Positions 49,650-59,061 of a DNA stretch of 64,000 nucleotides are shown piece by piece (position 1 is the stretch's first letter; every line of letters begins with the position of its first letter). Source of the stretch: an uncultured Chloroflexia bacterium (GTDB lineage: Bacteria; Chloroflexota; Limnocylindria; Limnocylindrales; CSP1-4). The notes below the pieces were generated by a model. It was given only the letters and a program-made list of their open reading frames with translations. It did no database searches and was not told the origin of the DNA. The stretch is taken from positions 352,001 to 416,000 of the forward strand of contig CAVRGP010000011.1 in NCBI GenBank assembly GCA_963720755.1, given 5' to 3'. The translations under genes and the position numbers were made by a program.

Positions 49650-50525
49650 GTGGCCGCCAGCCCGACGGTCGCCAGCCCCCAGACCCTGGCCGAGGCCTAT
49701 TCGATCCTGGCCCACGGACCGGCTCGGCCGCTTGCCGGGGGCACGGATCTGATGGTTGCCCTGGATGGTGAACTGGAGGACGCCCCGGGAACCTTCGTCG
49801 ACCTGTGGCGGCTGGACGCGCTTCGGGGGATCGCGCTCGATGGCGATTCGGTGAGCCTGGGTGCGCTGACCACGTATACGGCGATCCGCCGCTCGGCGTT
49901 GTGCACGGAGCACCTGCCGGTGCTGGTCGAGGCGGCATCGACGATCGGCGCGGCCCAGATCCAGAACCGCGGGACGATCGGGGGCAACGTGGCCAACGCG
50001 TCGCCCGCCGGAGACACGCTTCCGATCCTCCTGGCCGCGGACGCTTCGTTCGTGGTCGGGTCGGTGCGCGGTGAACGGACCGTTCCCGCGGCGGCGTTCT
50101 GGCCCGCCTACCGACGCACGGCCATGGCTCCGGACGAACTCCTCCTGCGCATCCGGATCCCACTCATGGCCGGGCGCGAGATGCGCTTTCGCAAGGTCGG
50201 CACGCGCCGCGCCCAATCCATCAGCAAGGTCGTCCTGGCGCTTGGCTGGCGCGACGGTCGGACTGCGGCGGTCCCGCTCGCTGTGGCCCCGTGGACGTCC
50301 GTCCGACTGGCCCTCGGCTCCGTCGCGGCGACACCCATCCGCGCGACCGAGACCGAGGCGGTCCTCGAGGGTCGGCCCCCGACACCCGAGACCGCCGACC
50401 GCGCGACCGAGGCCCTGGCCGCCGAACTCCACCCGATCGATGACGTCCGATCCACCGCCGAGTATCGACGGGTGGTCGCCGCGAGAGTCCTCCATCGCCT
50501 CATCCGCGAAGCCGGCGGCTGGTGA
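49650..50525 (+). CDS. Xanthine dehydrogenase FAD-binding subunit
   Basis: AGGTDL, QIQNRGTIGGN..NASPAGD, PIDDVRSTAEYR. Confidence 0.94.
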   Translation: MAASPTVASPQTLAEAYSILAHGPARPLAGGTDLMVALDGELEDAPGTFVDLWRLDALRGIALDGDSVSLGALTTYTAIRRSALCTEHLPVLVEAASTIGAAQIQNRGTIGGNVANASPAGDTLPILLAADASFVVGSVRGERTVPAAAFWPAYRRTAMAPDELLLRIRIPLMAGREMRFRKVGTRRAQSISKVVLALGWRDGRTAAVPLAVAPWTSVRLALGSVAATPIRATETEAVLEGRPPTPETADRATEALAAELHPIDDVRSTAEYRRVVAARVLHRLIREAGGW

Positions 50526-51064
50526 TGGCCGGATCCCAGGTGCGCTCGCCCGATGCCCCGTCTATCGACGCTCTCGATGTCATCAGCCCAGGCGCCTTTG
50601 CCGCCGCCGTGTCCCCGCTGTTCGAGGGCGCCCGGGGTTTCCTCGGGCGACTCGCCGTGGCCCGTCCGTTCGGATCGATCGAGGCCCTGTTCAGGACGGC
50701 TCGTGCGATCGCGCACTCGATGCCGGCGGACGAGCAGATCGAGCTGATCGATGCGCACCCGCGGCTCGGTGAACCGCCGGAGAACGTGTCGCGCCTCTCG
50801 TTCCAGGAACAGGGCTACGCCTCCGCCGGCACGGAACGGGCACCGGCCGACGACCGGGTCGCGGCCGAGCTGGCCCGATTGAACGCCGACTACGAGGCCC
50901 GCTTCGGGTTCCGCTACTGCGTGTTCGTGGCCGGTCGCTCCCGAGCGGAACTCCTGCCCGGGCTGGCCGCCGCACTCGAGGCAGACCGCAGCGTCGAGAT
51001 CCACCGGGCACTCGACGCCGTCATCGACATCGCCCGGGATCGCTATGCGAGGCTGTCACCGTGA
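50525..51064 (+). CDS. uraD: OHCU decarboxylase
   Basis: LFE, AHPRLG, S.QEQ, N..YEARFGF...V.V, IA..R. Confidence 0.88.
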   Translation: MAGSQVRSPDAPSIDALDVISPGAFAAAVSPLFEGARGFLGRLAVARPFGSIEALFRTARAIAHSMPADEQIELIDAHPRLGEPPENVSRLSFQEQGYASAGTERAPADDRVAAELARLNADYEARFGFRYCVFVAGRSRAELLPGLAAALEADRSVEIHRALDAVIDIARDRYARLSP

Positions 51065-51906
51065 TCGAGCTCGGCGCCAATCGATACGGCAAGGCCGCCA
51101 TCCGCCTCGTCCGGGTCGCGCGCGGAGGACAGGCGCATCGACTCCGCGACCTGACGGTCGCGATCGCCCTCGAAGGAGCGTTCGAGTCCGCCCATACCGA
51201 CGGCGACAATTCCCCGGTCATCCCGACGGACACGATGAAGAACACGGCCTACGCGTTCGCCAAGGATCACCTCGACGGATCGATCGAGGCGTACGGACTG
51301 GCGCTGGCCGAGCATTTCGGCGCCGCGCCGCAGGTCGAAGTCGCGACCGTCAACATCCGCGCCCACCACTGGGCTCCCATCGATGTCGCCGGCCGGCCCG
51401 CCCCGGATGCGTTCGTCCGCGGGGGAGAGGGGACCAGGGTCGCCACGATCACCACATCGCTCGGCGGGACGACCGTCGAGGCGGGGGTCGAGGATCTGGT
51501 CGTGCTGAAGACCACGCGATCGTCGTTCAGCGGCTTTCCACGCGACCGCTACACGACGCTGCCAGAAGCCGACGATCGACTCATGGCGACGAAGATCACC
51601 GCGATCTGGCGGTACGGCGCCCCGCGGCTCGACCACGACGCGACGTTCGCGGCGGTCCGGGCGACGCTTCTCGAGGTCTTCGCCGACCACGACAGCGCAT
51701 CGGTCCAGGCGTCGGTCTGGATCATGGCCCGGGCGATCCTCGAGCGCCACGAGGAGATCGATCAGATCCGGATGGTCCTGCCGAACCTCCATCACTGGCT
51801 CGTCGACCTGACACCGTTCGGGCTGACCAATGACGGCGAGATCTACGTGGCCACCACCGAACCGCACGGGATCATCGAGGCGACCGTCCGTCGCGGCGAT
51901 GGCTGA
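51061..51906 (+). CDS. pucL: Urate oxidase (uricase)
   Basis: YGK, GDN...[33 protein letters not shown]. Confidence 0.94.
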   Translation: MIELGANRYGKAAIRLVRVARGGQAHRLRDLTVAIALEGAFESAHTDGDNSPVIPTDTMKNTAYAFAKDHLDGSIEAYGLALAEHFGAAPQVEVATVNIRAHHWAPIDVAGRPAPDAFVRGGEGTRVATITTSLGGTTVEAGVEDLVVLKTTRSSFSGFPRDRYTTLPEADDRLMATKITAIWRYGAPRLDHDATFAAVRATLLEVFADHDSASVQASVWIMARAILERHEEIDQIRMVLPNLHHWLVDLTPFGLTNDGEIYVATTEPHGIIEATVRRGDG

Positions 51907-53494
51907 AGATCGGGTCCAGGACCTCCCGCCCGGCGTCGCGATCCAGCGCGGAACGGTCGCCGGCTCGGATCGGGTGCTGACGCCAGGGGCGCTGGCGTTC
52001 GTCGCTGACCTCCAACGGCGGTTCGGACCGGCCCGGCTCGACCTGCTCGGTCGTCGCGCGGATCGACAGGCCGAGCTCGATGCCGGTGTTCGGCCGGACT
52101 TCCTCGAGGCCACGCTCGACGTGCGCGGATCCGACTGGACCGTCGCGCCTGCTCCGTCGGACCTCGACGACCGGCGGGTCGAGATCACCGGTCCGGCCGA
52201 ACCGAAGATGATGATCAACGCCCTCAACTCCGGCGCCCGCGTCTTCATGGCCGATCTCGAGGACGCGCTGTCGCCGACCTGGGCCAACATGATCGGTGGG
52301 CAAGCGGCCATCGCCGACGCGGTCCGGGGCACGCTCCGATTCGATGCGCCCGATGGCAAGGCCTACCGCCTGGCCGACCGGACTGCGACGCTGGTGGTGC
52401 GCCCACGTGGCTGGCATCTCGTCGAGTCCGGGATGCTGGTGGACGGATCCCCCGTCGCTGCGAGCCTGTTCGACTTCGGGTTGTTCGTCTTCCACTGCGG
52501 CGAGGCGGCGGTGCGTCGTGGGTCCGGTCCGTACCTCTACCTGGCCAAGCTCGAATCCCACCACGAGGCGCGTCTCTGGAACGACGTCTTCGTCCACGCC
52601 CAGGCGGCCCTCGGGATCCCGCAAGGCTCGATCCGGGCGACCGTGCTCATCGAGACGATCCTCGCCGCGTTCGAGATGGACGAGATCCTGTACGAGCTGC
52701 GCGAACACGCCGCGGGGCTCAACGCGGGTCGCTGGGACTACCTGTTCAGTGGCATCAAGAAGTTGCGCGCCTGGCCGGCGCTGGCGGTGCCTGACCGGGC
52801 GCAACTGACGATGACCGTGCCGTTCATGCGCGCCTATACGGACCTGCTCGTGCGGACCTGCCATCGGCGCGGGGCCCACGCGATCGGCGGGATGGCGGCG
52901 TTCATCCCGAACCGGCGCGACCCGGACGTCACCGCGGTCGCCCTGGCCAGGGTCCGAGAGGACAAGGAACGCGAGAGCCGGGACGGTTTCGACGGCACCT
53001 GGGTCGCCCACCCGGACCTCGTGCCGGTGGCGATGGAGGTGTTCGACGGAGTGCTCGGCGCGGCTCCGAACCAGAAGCGCCGCCTGCGCGGAGACGTCTC
53101 GGTCTCCGCGGCCGACCTGCTCGACCTGACGGTCCCGGGCGGTGCAGTCACCGAAACGGGCGTCCGGGCGGATGTCCGGGTCGCCCTCGCGTATCTCGAC
53201 TCGTGGTTGCGAGGGATCGGCGCGGCCGCCATCGACAACCTGATGGAGGATGCCGCGACGGCCGAGATCGCCCGCTCGCAGCTTTGGCATTGGCGCACCC
53301 GCGGGGTCGCCCTCGCCGATGGTCGGCCGTTCGATGCATCGCTCTACGCGGCCATCCGCGATGAGGAGTTGGCGCGGCTCGGCGGGGCAGGGGAGGGGCG
53401 GCTCGCCGATGCGGTCGGCTTGCTCGACCGACTGGTCCTCGATCCCGAGTTCGCCGAGTTCCTGACGCTTCGCGCCTACTCGATGCTCGACTAG
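51899..53494 (+). CDS. aceB: Malate synthase A
   Basis: [58 protein letters not shown]. Confidence 0.95.
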   Translation: MAEDRVQDLPPGVAIQRGTVAGSDRVLTPGALAFVADLQRRFGPARLDLLGRRADRQAELDAGVRPDFLEATLDVRGSDWTVAPAPSDLDDRRVEITGPAEPKMMINALNSGARVFMADLEDALSPTWANMIGGQAAIADAVRGTLRFDAPDGKAYRLADRTATLVVRPRGWHLVESGMLVDGSPVAASLFDFGLFVFHCGEAAVRRGSGPYLYLAKLESHHEARLWNDVFVHAQAALGIPQGSIRATVLIETILAAFEMDEILYELREHAAGLNAGRWDYLFSGIKKLRAWPALAVPDRAQLTMTVPFMRAYTDLLVRTCHRRGAHAIGGMAAFIPNRRDPDVTAVALARVREDKERESRDGFDGTWVAHPDLVPVAMEVFDGVLGAAPNQKRRLRGDVSVSAADLLDLTVPGGAVTETGVRADVRVALAYLDSWLRGIGAAAIDNLMEDAATAEIARSQLWHWRTRGVALADGRPFDASLYAAIRDEELARLGGAGEGRLADAVGLLDRLVLDPEFAEFLTLRAYSMLD

Positions 53495-54906
53495 CCGCCG
53501 GCGATCCGGCCGCGCTCCACGAACCGGCCGAAGTCCCGACGACCGACGAACGCGCCGTCCCGGATCACCGCGCTTCCACGTACGAACACGTCGCGCACCG
53601 CGCCGGCGACCTCCAACCCCTCGTACGGTGTGTAGTCGCTCGTGTGATGGAGGTCGGTGGCGCGGATCGTTCGCCGAGCCGTCGGGTCGAACACGACGAG
53701 ATCGGCGTCACGGCCGACCTCGATCGCTCCCTTGGAACCCAGGCCGAACCTGGCCGCGGGCGTCGTCGCCAGCAGCTCGACCATGCGCTCGAGGCGGATC
53801 CGGCCCTTGGCCACGCCCTCGCTGTACAGGATGGTCAACAGCGTTTCGATCCCGGGGGCGCCGTTGCTGATCCGGTCGAACGGGACGCCCCGACCGGCCT
53901 CCGCCTTCTCCGAGTCGAGGCGGTCGGGGACATGATCGGTGGCGACCAGGTCGAGGGTGCCGTCGGCAAGCCCGGCCCACAGCGCGTCGCGATCCGCCTT
54001 CCGCCGCAGCGGCGGCGAGATGACGAACCGGGCACACGAGACGGGATCGGGGTCGTCGTATCGATCCTCGGACAGGACGAGGTAGTGGGGGCACGTCTCC
54101 GCGGAGACGCGGACACCGGCCGCCCTGGCGCGCCGCACCTCATCGAGGGCTGCCGACGATGACAGATGGACGACGTGGATCGGCGCGTCCACCATCCGGG
54201 CGAAGGCGAGCGCCCTGGCGGTCGCCACGGCCTCCACGTAGCTCGGCCGGGTCGACGCATGGAAACGCGGTCCGACGTCGCCGCGCCCGAGCGCGTCGGC
54301 CACGGCGGCATCGAGCAGGATCGGGTCTTCGCAATGGACCTGGAGCATGCCGCCGTGGCGGGCCATGACGCCCAGGGCCTCGTACAGCCGCTCGTCCGGG
54401 AGGCGGAAGTCGAAGACCATGAAGGCCTTGGAGGTGGCGATCCCCGCGTCGATCGTGGCCGGGATCTCGGACAGGGCATCGTTCGCTCGACCGCTGATCG
54501 CCAGACTCAGCCCGTAGTCGATGGCGCTGTCGCGGTCCGTGGCGGTGCGCCATTCGCGGATCCCGGTCCGGAGCGATCGCTCGGCAGCCGGTGACGATCC
54601 GGTGCCCGGGTTGTTGAACGACAGGAACGTGGTCGTGCCGCCGAACGCGGCCGCCACAGAATCCTGGAAGAAGCGGTCCGGCTGCGCATCGGTCGCGACG
54701 CGGGTGTGGGTGTGGACGTCCACCACGCCCGGCAGCACCAGGAGACCGGCGACATCGACGATCTGGTGCGCGCGTTGGGCGAGGCCGGTCAGGTCGGACT
54801 CGATCGCGCTCACTCGCCCGTCCCTGACGGCGACGTCGGCCCGCCGGGATCCGGTCGCCCCGACGACCGTGCCACCGAGGACGACGAGGTCAGGTGTGTC
54901 CGCCAC
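53491..54906 (-). CDS. Cyclic amidohydrolase (dihydropyrimidinase/allantoinase family)
   Basis: [42 protein letters not shown]. Confidence 0.88.
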   Translation of the reverse strand: MADTPDLVVLGGTVVGATGSRRADVAVRDGRVSAIESDLTGLAQRAHQIVDVAGLLVLPGVVDVHTHTRVATDAQPDRFFQDSVAAAFGGTTTFLSFNNPGTGSSPAAERSLRTGIREWRTATDRDSAIDYGLSLAISGRANDALSEIPATIDAGIATSKAFMVFDFRLPDERLYEALGVMARHGGMLQVHCEDPILLDAAVADALGRGDVGPRFHASTRPSYVEAVATARALAFARMVDAPIHVVHLSSSAALDEVRRARAAGVRVSAETCPHYLVLSEDRYDDPDPVSCARFVISPPLRRKADRDALWAGLADGTLDLVATDHVPDRLDSEKAEAGRGVPFDRISNGAPGIETLLTILYSEGVAKGRIRLERMVELLATTPAARFGLGSKGAIEVGRDADLVVFDPTARRTIRATDLHHTSDYTPYEGLEVAGAVRDVFVRGSAVIRDGAFVGRRDFGRFVERGRIAGG

Positions 54907-54930
54907 CCGGGCAGGATACGCGGAGCGTGG

Positions 54931-56328
54931 TCAGCCGACCGGTGTGTCCGCGATGACCGACATGAGCACGGGATCGAGGCCCCCGAAATAGTCCTCGGAG
55001 GACGGCTCGATCTGGAGTCGCGGCCGGATCGTGATCCTGGCGTCGTCGGCGGTGCTCTTCTGCCAGTAGCGACTGGCGATGTAGACGACCTGACCCGCAT
55101 AGGGCAACGGGATGGCCCGGACATCGGCATACAGGTTCGGGCTGCCGCCCATCGGCTCGCCGACGAATTCGGCGTCCGTCGTCTGTTCGATCGTGGTGGC
55201 GAAATTGGCCGCCGCCGAGAACGTCAGGCGGCCGATCAGCAGGGTCAGGCGGCCTGGCTGGTCGATGGCGGGATCCTGCAGGACGGACAGGAGCCGGCCA
55301 TACGTCCCGTTGTCGCCGCCGCCGTTGTTGCGGAGATCGACGACGACCTGCGCGACGTCGCCCTGCTTCGCGCGAGCCAGGATCTCGTCGGCCACGGCGT
55401 CGATCCCGCCACGGACCTCGTTGTACTGGACGTACAGGGTCCGTGAACTCGCGAGGTATGTCCACCACAGGGGCGTGTCGATGTCACGCAGCCACATCGT
55501 ATCGACCCGGCTCGGCAGGCGCAGCGGCAGTCCGCCATGCCACGCGACATCGTCGGCGGCCGGGATCGGCGCGATGTCCACGTCCCGGTCGTTGCCGTCG
55601 GCGTCGATCACGTTGAACGTCGCCGGTCCGACCTGCTCCTGGATCCCGAGTCCCGTCAGCAATTCGCTGACCCGCAGGTAGAGCGGCGCGTAGGCAAGCA
55701 GGTTCGACGGGTTGTCGCGTGGCGAGAGTGGTTCGACAAGGTCGAGGACATCGGCGATCGGCCGGCCGTCGATGGCGACGATCCGCGCACCGACCAGATC
55801 CTCATACGGCGCCCTCGCAGTCGTGATGAACAGCCCATCGCGAAACTGCCACAGGCGGATCGGGAATTCGTGGGTGGCGCTGTCCGCGGTGAACGGGAAC
55901 ATCCCCGTATGACCGTCGCGTCCGGCCCATCCCGGCATCGCGGCAAGGCGGACCAGCTCCACCAGCGCCTGGTCGTCGGACAGCGTCGGGATCCTTGCCT
56001 TGACGGCGTCGGCGGCCGCGACGTACTGCGCACGCGAGATCCCGTGCCACGGGTCCGGGTGGATCTGCTCCCGCGCGACGAGGAGCGCGTCGATGTCCGC
56101 CCGCCAGCCATCGGTGCGCGACAGGGTGGGAGACGGGGCCGCCGTCGGGGACGGCGCTGTCGTCGGCGAGCCACCCGGTTCGGTCGAGACCGGCCCGACC
56201 GGGGACGTCGCCACGGCAGATGACGGGCTCGGCGTCACGGTCACGCCGCAGCCACCCACCAGGATGGCGACCAGGATGGTCGCGATCGCTGCCGTCGGGA
56301 GCGCGGACGACTTCGTCTGCCTGGTCAT
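54931..56328 (-). CDS. S41-like peptidase lipoprotein with PDZ-like domain
   Basis: Lipobox VGGC, DGHT, IVAIDG, VDLRNNGGG, TFSAA, VGEP.GG. Confidence 0.8.
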   Translation of the reverse strand: MTRQTKSSALPTAAIATILVAILVGGCGVTVTPSPSSAVATSPVGPVSTEPGGSPTTAPSPTAAPSPTLSRTDGWRADIDALLVAREQIHPDPWHGISRAQYVAAADAVKARIPTLSDDQALVELVRLAAMPGWAGRDGHTGMFPFTADSATHEFPIRLWQFRDGLFITTARAPYEDLVGARIVAIDGRPIADVLDLVEPLSPRDNPSNLLAYAPLYLRVSELLTGLGIQEQVGPATFNVIDADGNDRDVDIAPIPAADDVAWHGGLPLRLPSRVDTMWLRDIDTPLWWTYLASSRTLYVQYNEVRGGIDAVADEILARAKQGDVAQVVVDLRNNGGGDNGTYGRLLSVLQDPAIDQPGRLTLLIGRLTFSAAANFATTIEQTTDAEFVGEPMGGSPNLYADVRAIPLPYAGQVVYIASRYWQKSTADDARITIRPRLQIEPSSEDYFGGLDPVLMSVIADTPVG

Positions 56329-56792
56329 CCCGTCGCCCGCATCGAATTGGAGGCCAACCTCGACTCGGCCTCGGCGGCGGCGTGCCCGATCGCGCGAAGC
56401 ATCGCCCGGGCGTCATCGGCGTCGATCACGAGGGCATCGCCGAACCGGGAGTCGGCCTGGGCGAACGCCCGGCTGGCGGCGGCGTGGACGGCGAGACCGT
56501 CGCGGGTCAGCGCCAGTCGGTAGGATCGGCGGTCGTCGGCGACGGTTTCGCGCTTCGCGTGTCCCCGGTCCAACAGGGCGCGGACGTGGTGGGACATGGT
56601 CGTCGGCGGCATCCCCACCCGGCGGGCGAGGTCTGTTGGGGTCTGCGGCCCTTCGTCGAACAGGACGCTATAGACGGCGTACTCGTCGGGTCGAAGGGCG
56701 ACGTCCGTCATCGCCCGCTGGACGAGCGTGCGCACGCGCTGTTCGGCCGCGAACAACTCGAACAGGAGCGACAGACGAGATCGGGGGCTCAC
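56325..56792 (-). CDS. MarR family transcriptional regulator
   Basis: TPTDLA, TTMS..V..L..RG, DRRS..L.LT..G. Confidence 0.88.
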   Translation of the reverse strand: MSPRSRLSLLFELFAAEQRVRTLVQRAMTDVALRPDEYAVYSVLFDEGPQTPTDLARRVGMPPTTMSHHVRALLDRGHAKRETVADDRRSYRLALTRDGLAVHAAASRAFAQADSRFGDALVIDADDARAMLRAIGHAAAEAESRLASNSMRATG

Positions 56793-56831
56793 CCCGAGAT
56801 GATACCAGATGGTAGTACCTTGCCTCGCGGC

Positions 56832-57254
56832 TCAGTCGACCTCGCGGATGACGATCCGCTGCGCCCCTTCCCAGAGGCAGCGTCGACCGATCTCACGGAG
56901 GCGATCGTCCGAGCCCGGGTCGGGCAGGACGGTCGCGAAATGGTTGGCGGCGAGTTGGCCGACCTTGGAGGCCGTGGTACAGCCACCGTACGGGAAGAAG
57001 ATCTCGCATTCGCTGATCCCACCGGGGTAGATCGCGAGCTGACCCGGAGCAGGATGTGACGTGTGGTTCTCGTAGTCGAGACCGGGCCGGAAGTCCCCGA
57101 ACGGGATCCAGGTCGATTCGCCGGACCATCGGCAATGGATCAGGCGCGACTCGATCGGGAGGAGACGCCGGATCGCCTCGATCGTCTTCGGCGCAGCCGG
57201 TTCCCATCGAGCGCTACAGTGGAGGTCACCGACGACGATCTGCAAGGTACCCAT
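56832..57254 (-). CDS. DUF3830 family (cyclophilin-like fold) protein
   Basis: APKT, HCRWSGE, ENHTSHPAPG, SE.EI...YG, SKVGQLAANHF, LWEGAQ. Confidence 0.82.
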   Translation of the reverse strand: MGTLQIVVGDLHCSARWEPAAPKTIEAIRRLLPIESRLIHCRWSGESTWIPFGDFRPGLDYENHTSHPAPGQLAIYPGGISECEIFFPYGGCTTASKVGQLAANHFATVLPDPGSDDRLREIGRRCLWEGAQRIVIREVD

Positions 57255-57268
57255 GCGCGGAGGATAGC

Positions 57269-57652
57269 GTGGCGCGACAGGCGACCCAGCCGGCCCCGAC
57301 CATCTCGACCCACGTCCTCGACACGGAACGTGGCGTGGCGGCTGCCGGAATCCACGTCACCCTCTACCGGATCGCGGACGACGGACGGGCGCTGCGCCTG
57401 ACCCAGGCTCTGACCGATTCCGACGGGCGGGTCCGCGATCTCCTCGAGCGTCCGCTGACGGCGGGGGACTACCGGCTCGAATTCGACCTGGGCCAGACCA
57501 CCGAGCCATCACCGGAGGGCGACGGGGCTCCCGCCCCGGTCCGCTTCTTCCAACGCCTGTCGCTGGACCTGCGAGTCACCGACCCAGGTCGCAGTCACCA
57601 CGTGCCGCTCCTGCTCGCGCCGTACTCGATCACCACGTATCGAGGGACGTGA
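57269..57652 (+). CDS. uraH: 5-hydroxyisourate hydrolase (transthyretin-like)
   Basis: STHVLD, TDSDGR, HVPLLLAPYS..TYRGT. Confidence 0.92.
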   Translation: MARQATQPAPTISTHVLDTERGVAAAGIHVTLYRIADDGRALRLTQALTDSDGRVRDLLERPLTAGDYRLEFDLGQTTEPSPEGDGAPAPVRFFQRLSLDLRVTDPGRSHHVPLLLAPYSITTYRGT

Positions 57653-57690
57653 CAGGCTAGGTGTCACGGCACCGGATCACGATCCGGCGC

Positions 57691-58974
57691 ATGCAGGCCA
57701 CAGTGCGACCGATCACCCCCATCCCACAGGCGCCGGACGCCGATCCGTCGACGAGTGTCCGGCTGGCCGGCGACCGCATCCTCGTGGACCACCTGATCCT
57801 CCCGGACCCTGCCCTGGCAGCGTTCCTCCGGGAGCGTCCGGCCGATGACCGCGCCGACCTCGTCGAGCGGGCCTTGCGGATCGGGTTGCTCGCGCTCCAG
57901 GATGCCGGCGTCACGGTCAATGTGGATGTCGTGCGGTCCGAGTTCGAGAAGCTCATGCACCAGGCGGAAGCGGTCAATGAGAAAGCCGCCATGGCCCTGG
58001 AGCAGACGCTCCGCGCCAATTTCGCGGACGGAGATGGGCGCCTGCCTCGGACCTTGGAGAAGTTCCTGGGCGATCGCGGGGCCTTGCGATCGATGGTGGA
58101 CGAGCTGTTCGACGAGACGAAGCGGGACAGCGCGATCGGCCGGATCGGAACGATGCTGGAACGCTATTTCGACGGCGACGCCTCGAAACTGGCGCAACTG
58201 CTCGACCCGACCCGACTGCATTCACCGATGCACCAGTTCCGTCAGGAGATCGCCGATGGGTTCCGGTCCCTCGAGGAGCGCCTGGTCGCCATCGAGGCGG
58301 CCGCGGCCGCCCGCGGCGCGGAACGAGCGCGATCGACTGCCAAGGGCGGCGATTTCGAGGACCTGCTCGAGGCGATGCTGGCGGAGCTCGCCCGCGGCTC
58401 GGGCGATCTGCTCGATCGGACGGGGACGGACACCGGATCGATCATGAAGTCCAAGAAGGGTGACTTCGTGCTGACCCTTGACGCCCAGGTCGCCCGCGGC
58501 TGCGACGTGCGTGTGGTCATCGAGGCCAAGGATCGGCCGATGTCGATGCGAGCGATGCGCGAAGAGCTACGCGAGGCCAAGGAGAACCGGGGTGCGGCGA
58601 CGGCGGTCGTCGTCTTCAGCCAAGCGCATGCGCCGGCCGGGATCGCGCCGTTCAACCTGGTCGGCGACGACGTCTACTGCGTGATCGACCCGGACGCGCC
58701 GGAACCTGCCTCGCTGGAGGCGGCGATCCGGCTCGCCCGGCTGCTCGCCCTCGCGTCGTTGGTGGAGCGCGAGGTCGACGTCGATGCCGCGGCGATCGGT
58801 TCGGCCCTGACCGCGGTCCGCGAGCAACTCGAGGTCGTCCGCTCGCTCAAGGCCCAGCTGACCTCGATCTCGAACGCGACCAAGGCTGTCTGGACCGGCC
58901 TCGACGCGATGCGATCGAACATCCTGGCCCGGGTTGCGGAAGCCGAGATGGAGCTCCACGCGCCCGACCGGTAG
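57691..58974 (+). CDS. Coiled-coil protein with C-terminal PD-(D/E)xK-like nuclease domain (RmuC/DUF2130-like)
   Basis: KGGDFE...KGDF...VIEAK motif set between coiled-coil segments. Confidence 0.65.
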   Translation: MQATVRPITPIPQAPDADPSTSVRLAGDRILVDHLILPDPALAAFLRERPADDRADLVERALRIGLLALQDAGVTVNVDVVRSEFEKLMHQAEAVNEKAAMALEQTLRANFADGDGRLPRTLEKFLGDRGALRSMVDELFDETKRDSAIGRIGTMLERYFDGDASKLAQLLDPTRLHSPMHQFRQEIADGFRSLEERLVAIEAAAAARGAERARSTAKGGDFEDLLEAMLAELARGSGDLLDRTGTDTGSIMKSKKGDFVLTLDAQVARGCDVRVVIEAKDRPMSMRAMREELREAKENRGAATAVVVFSQAHAPAGIAPFNLVGDDVYCVIDPDAPEPASLEAAIRLARLLALASLVEREVDVDAAAIGSALTAVREQLEVVRSLKAQLTSISNATKAVWTGLDAMRSNILARVAEAEMELHAPDR

Positions 58975-59061
58975 GGCTACGACGGACCCGGACCGCCAGA
59001 CGAATGTGAGCGGGACGAAGGGGCTGTTGGCGAGATCGGGCTACAGGCGCATCCTTGCGCC

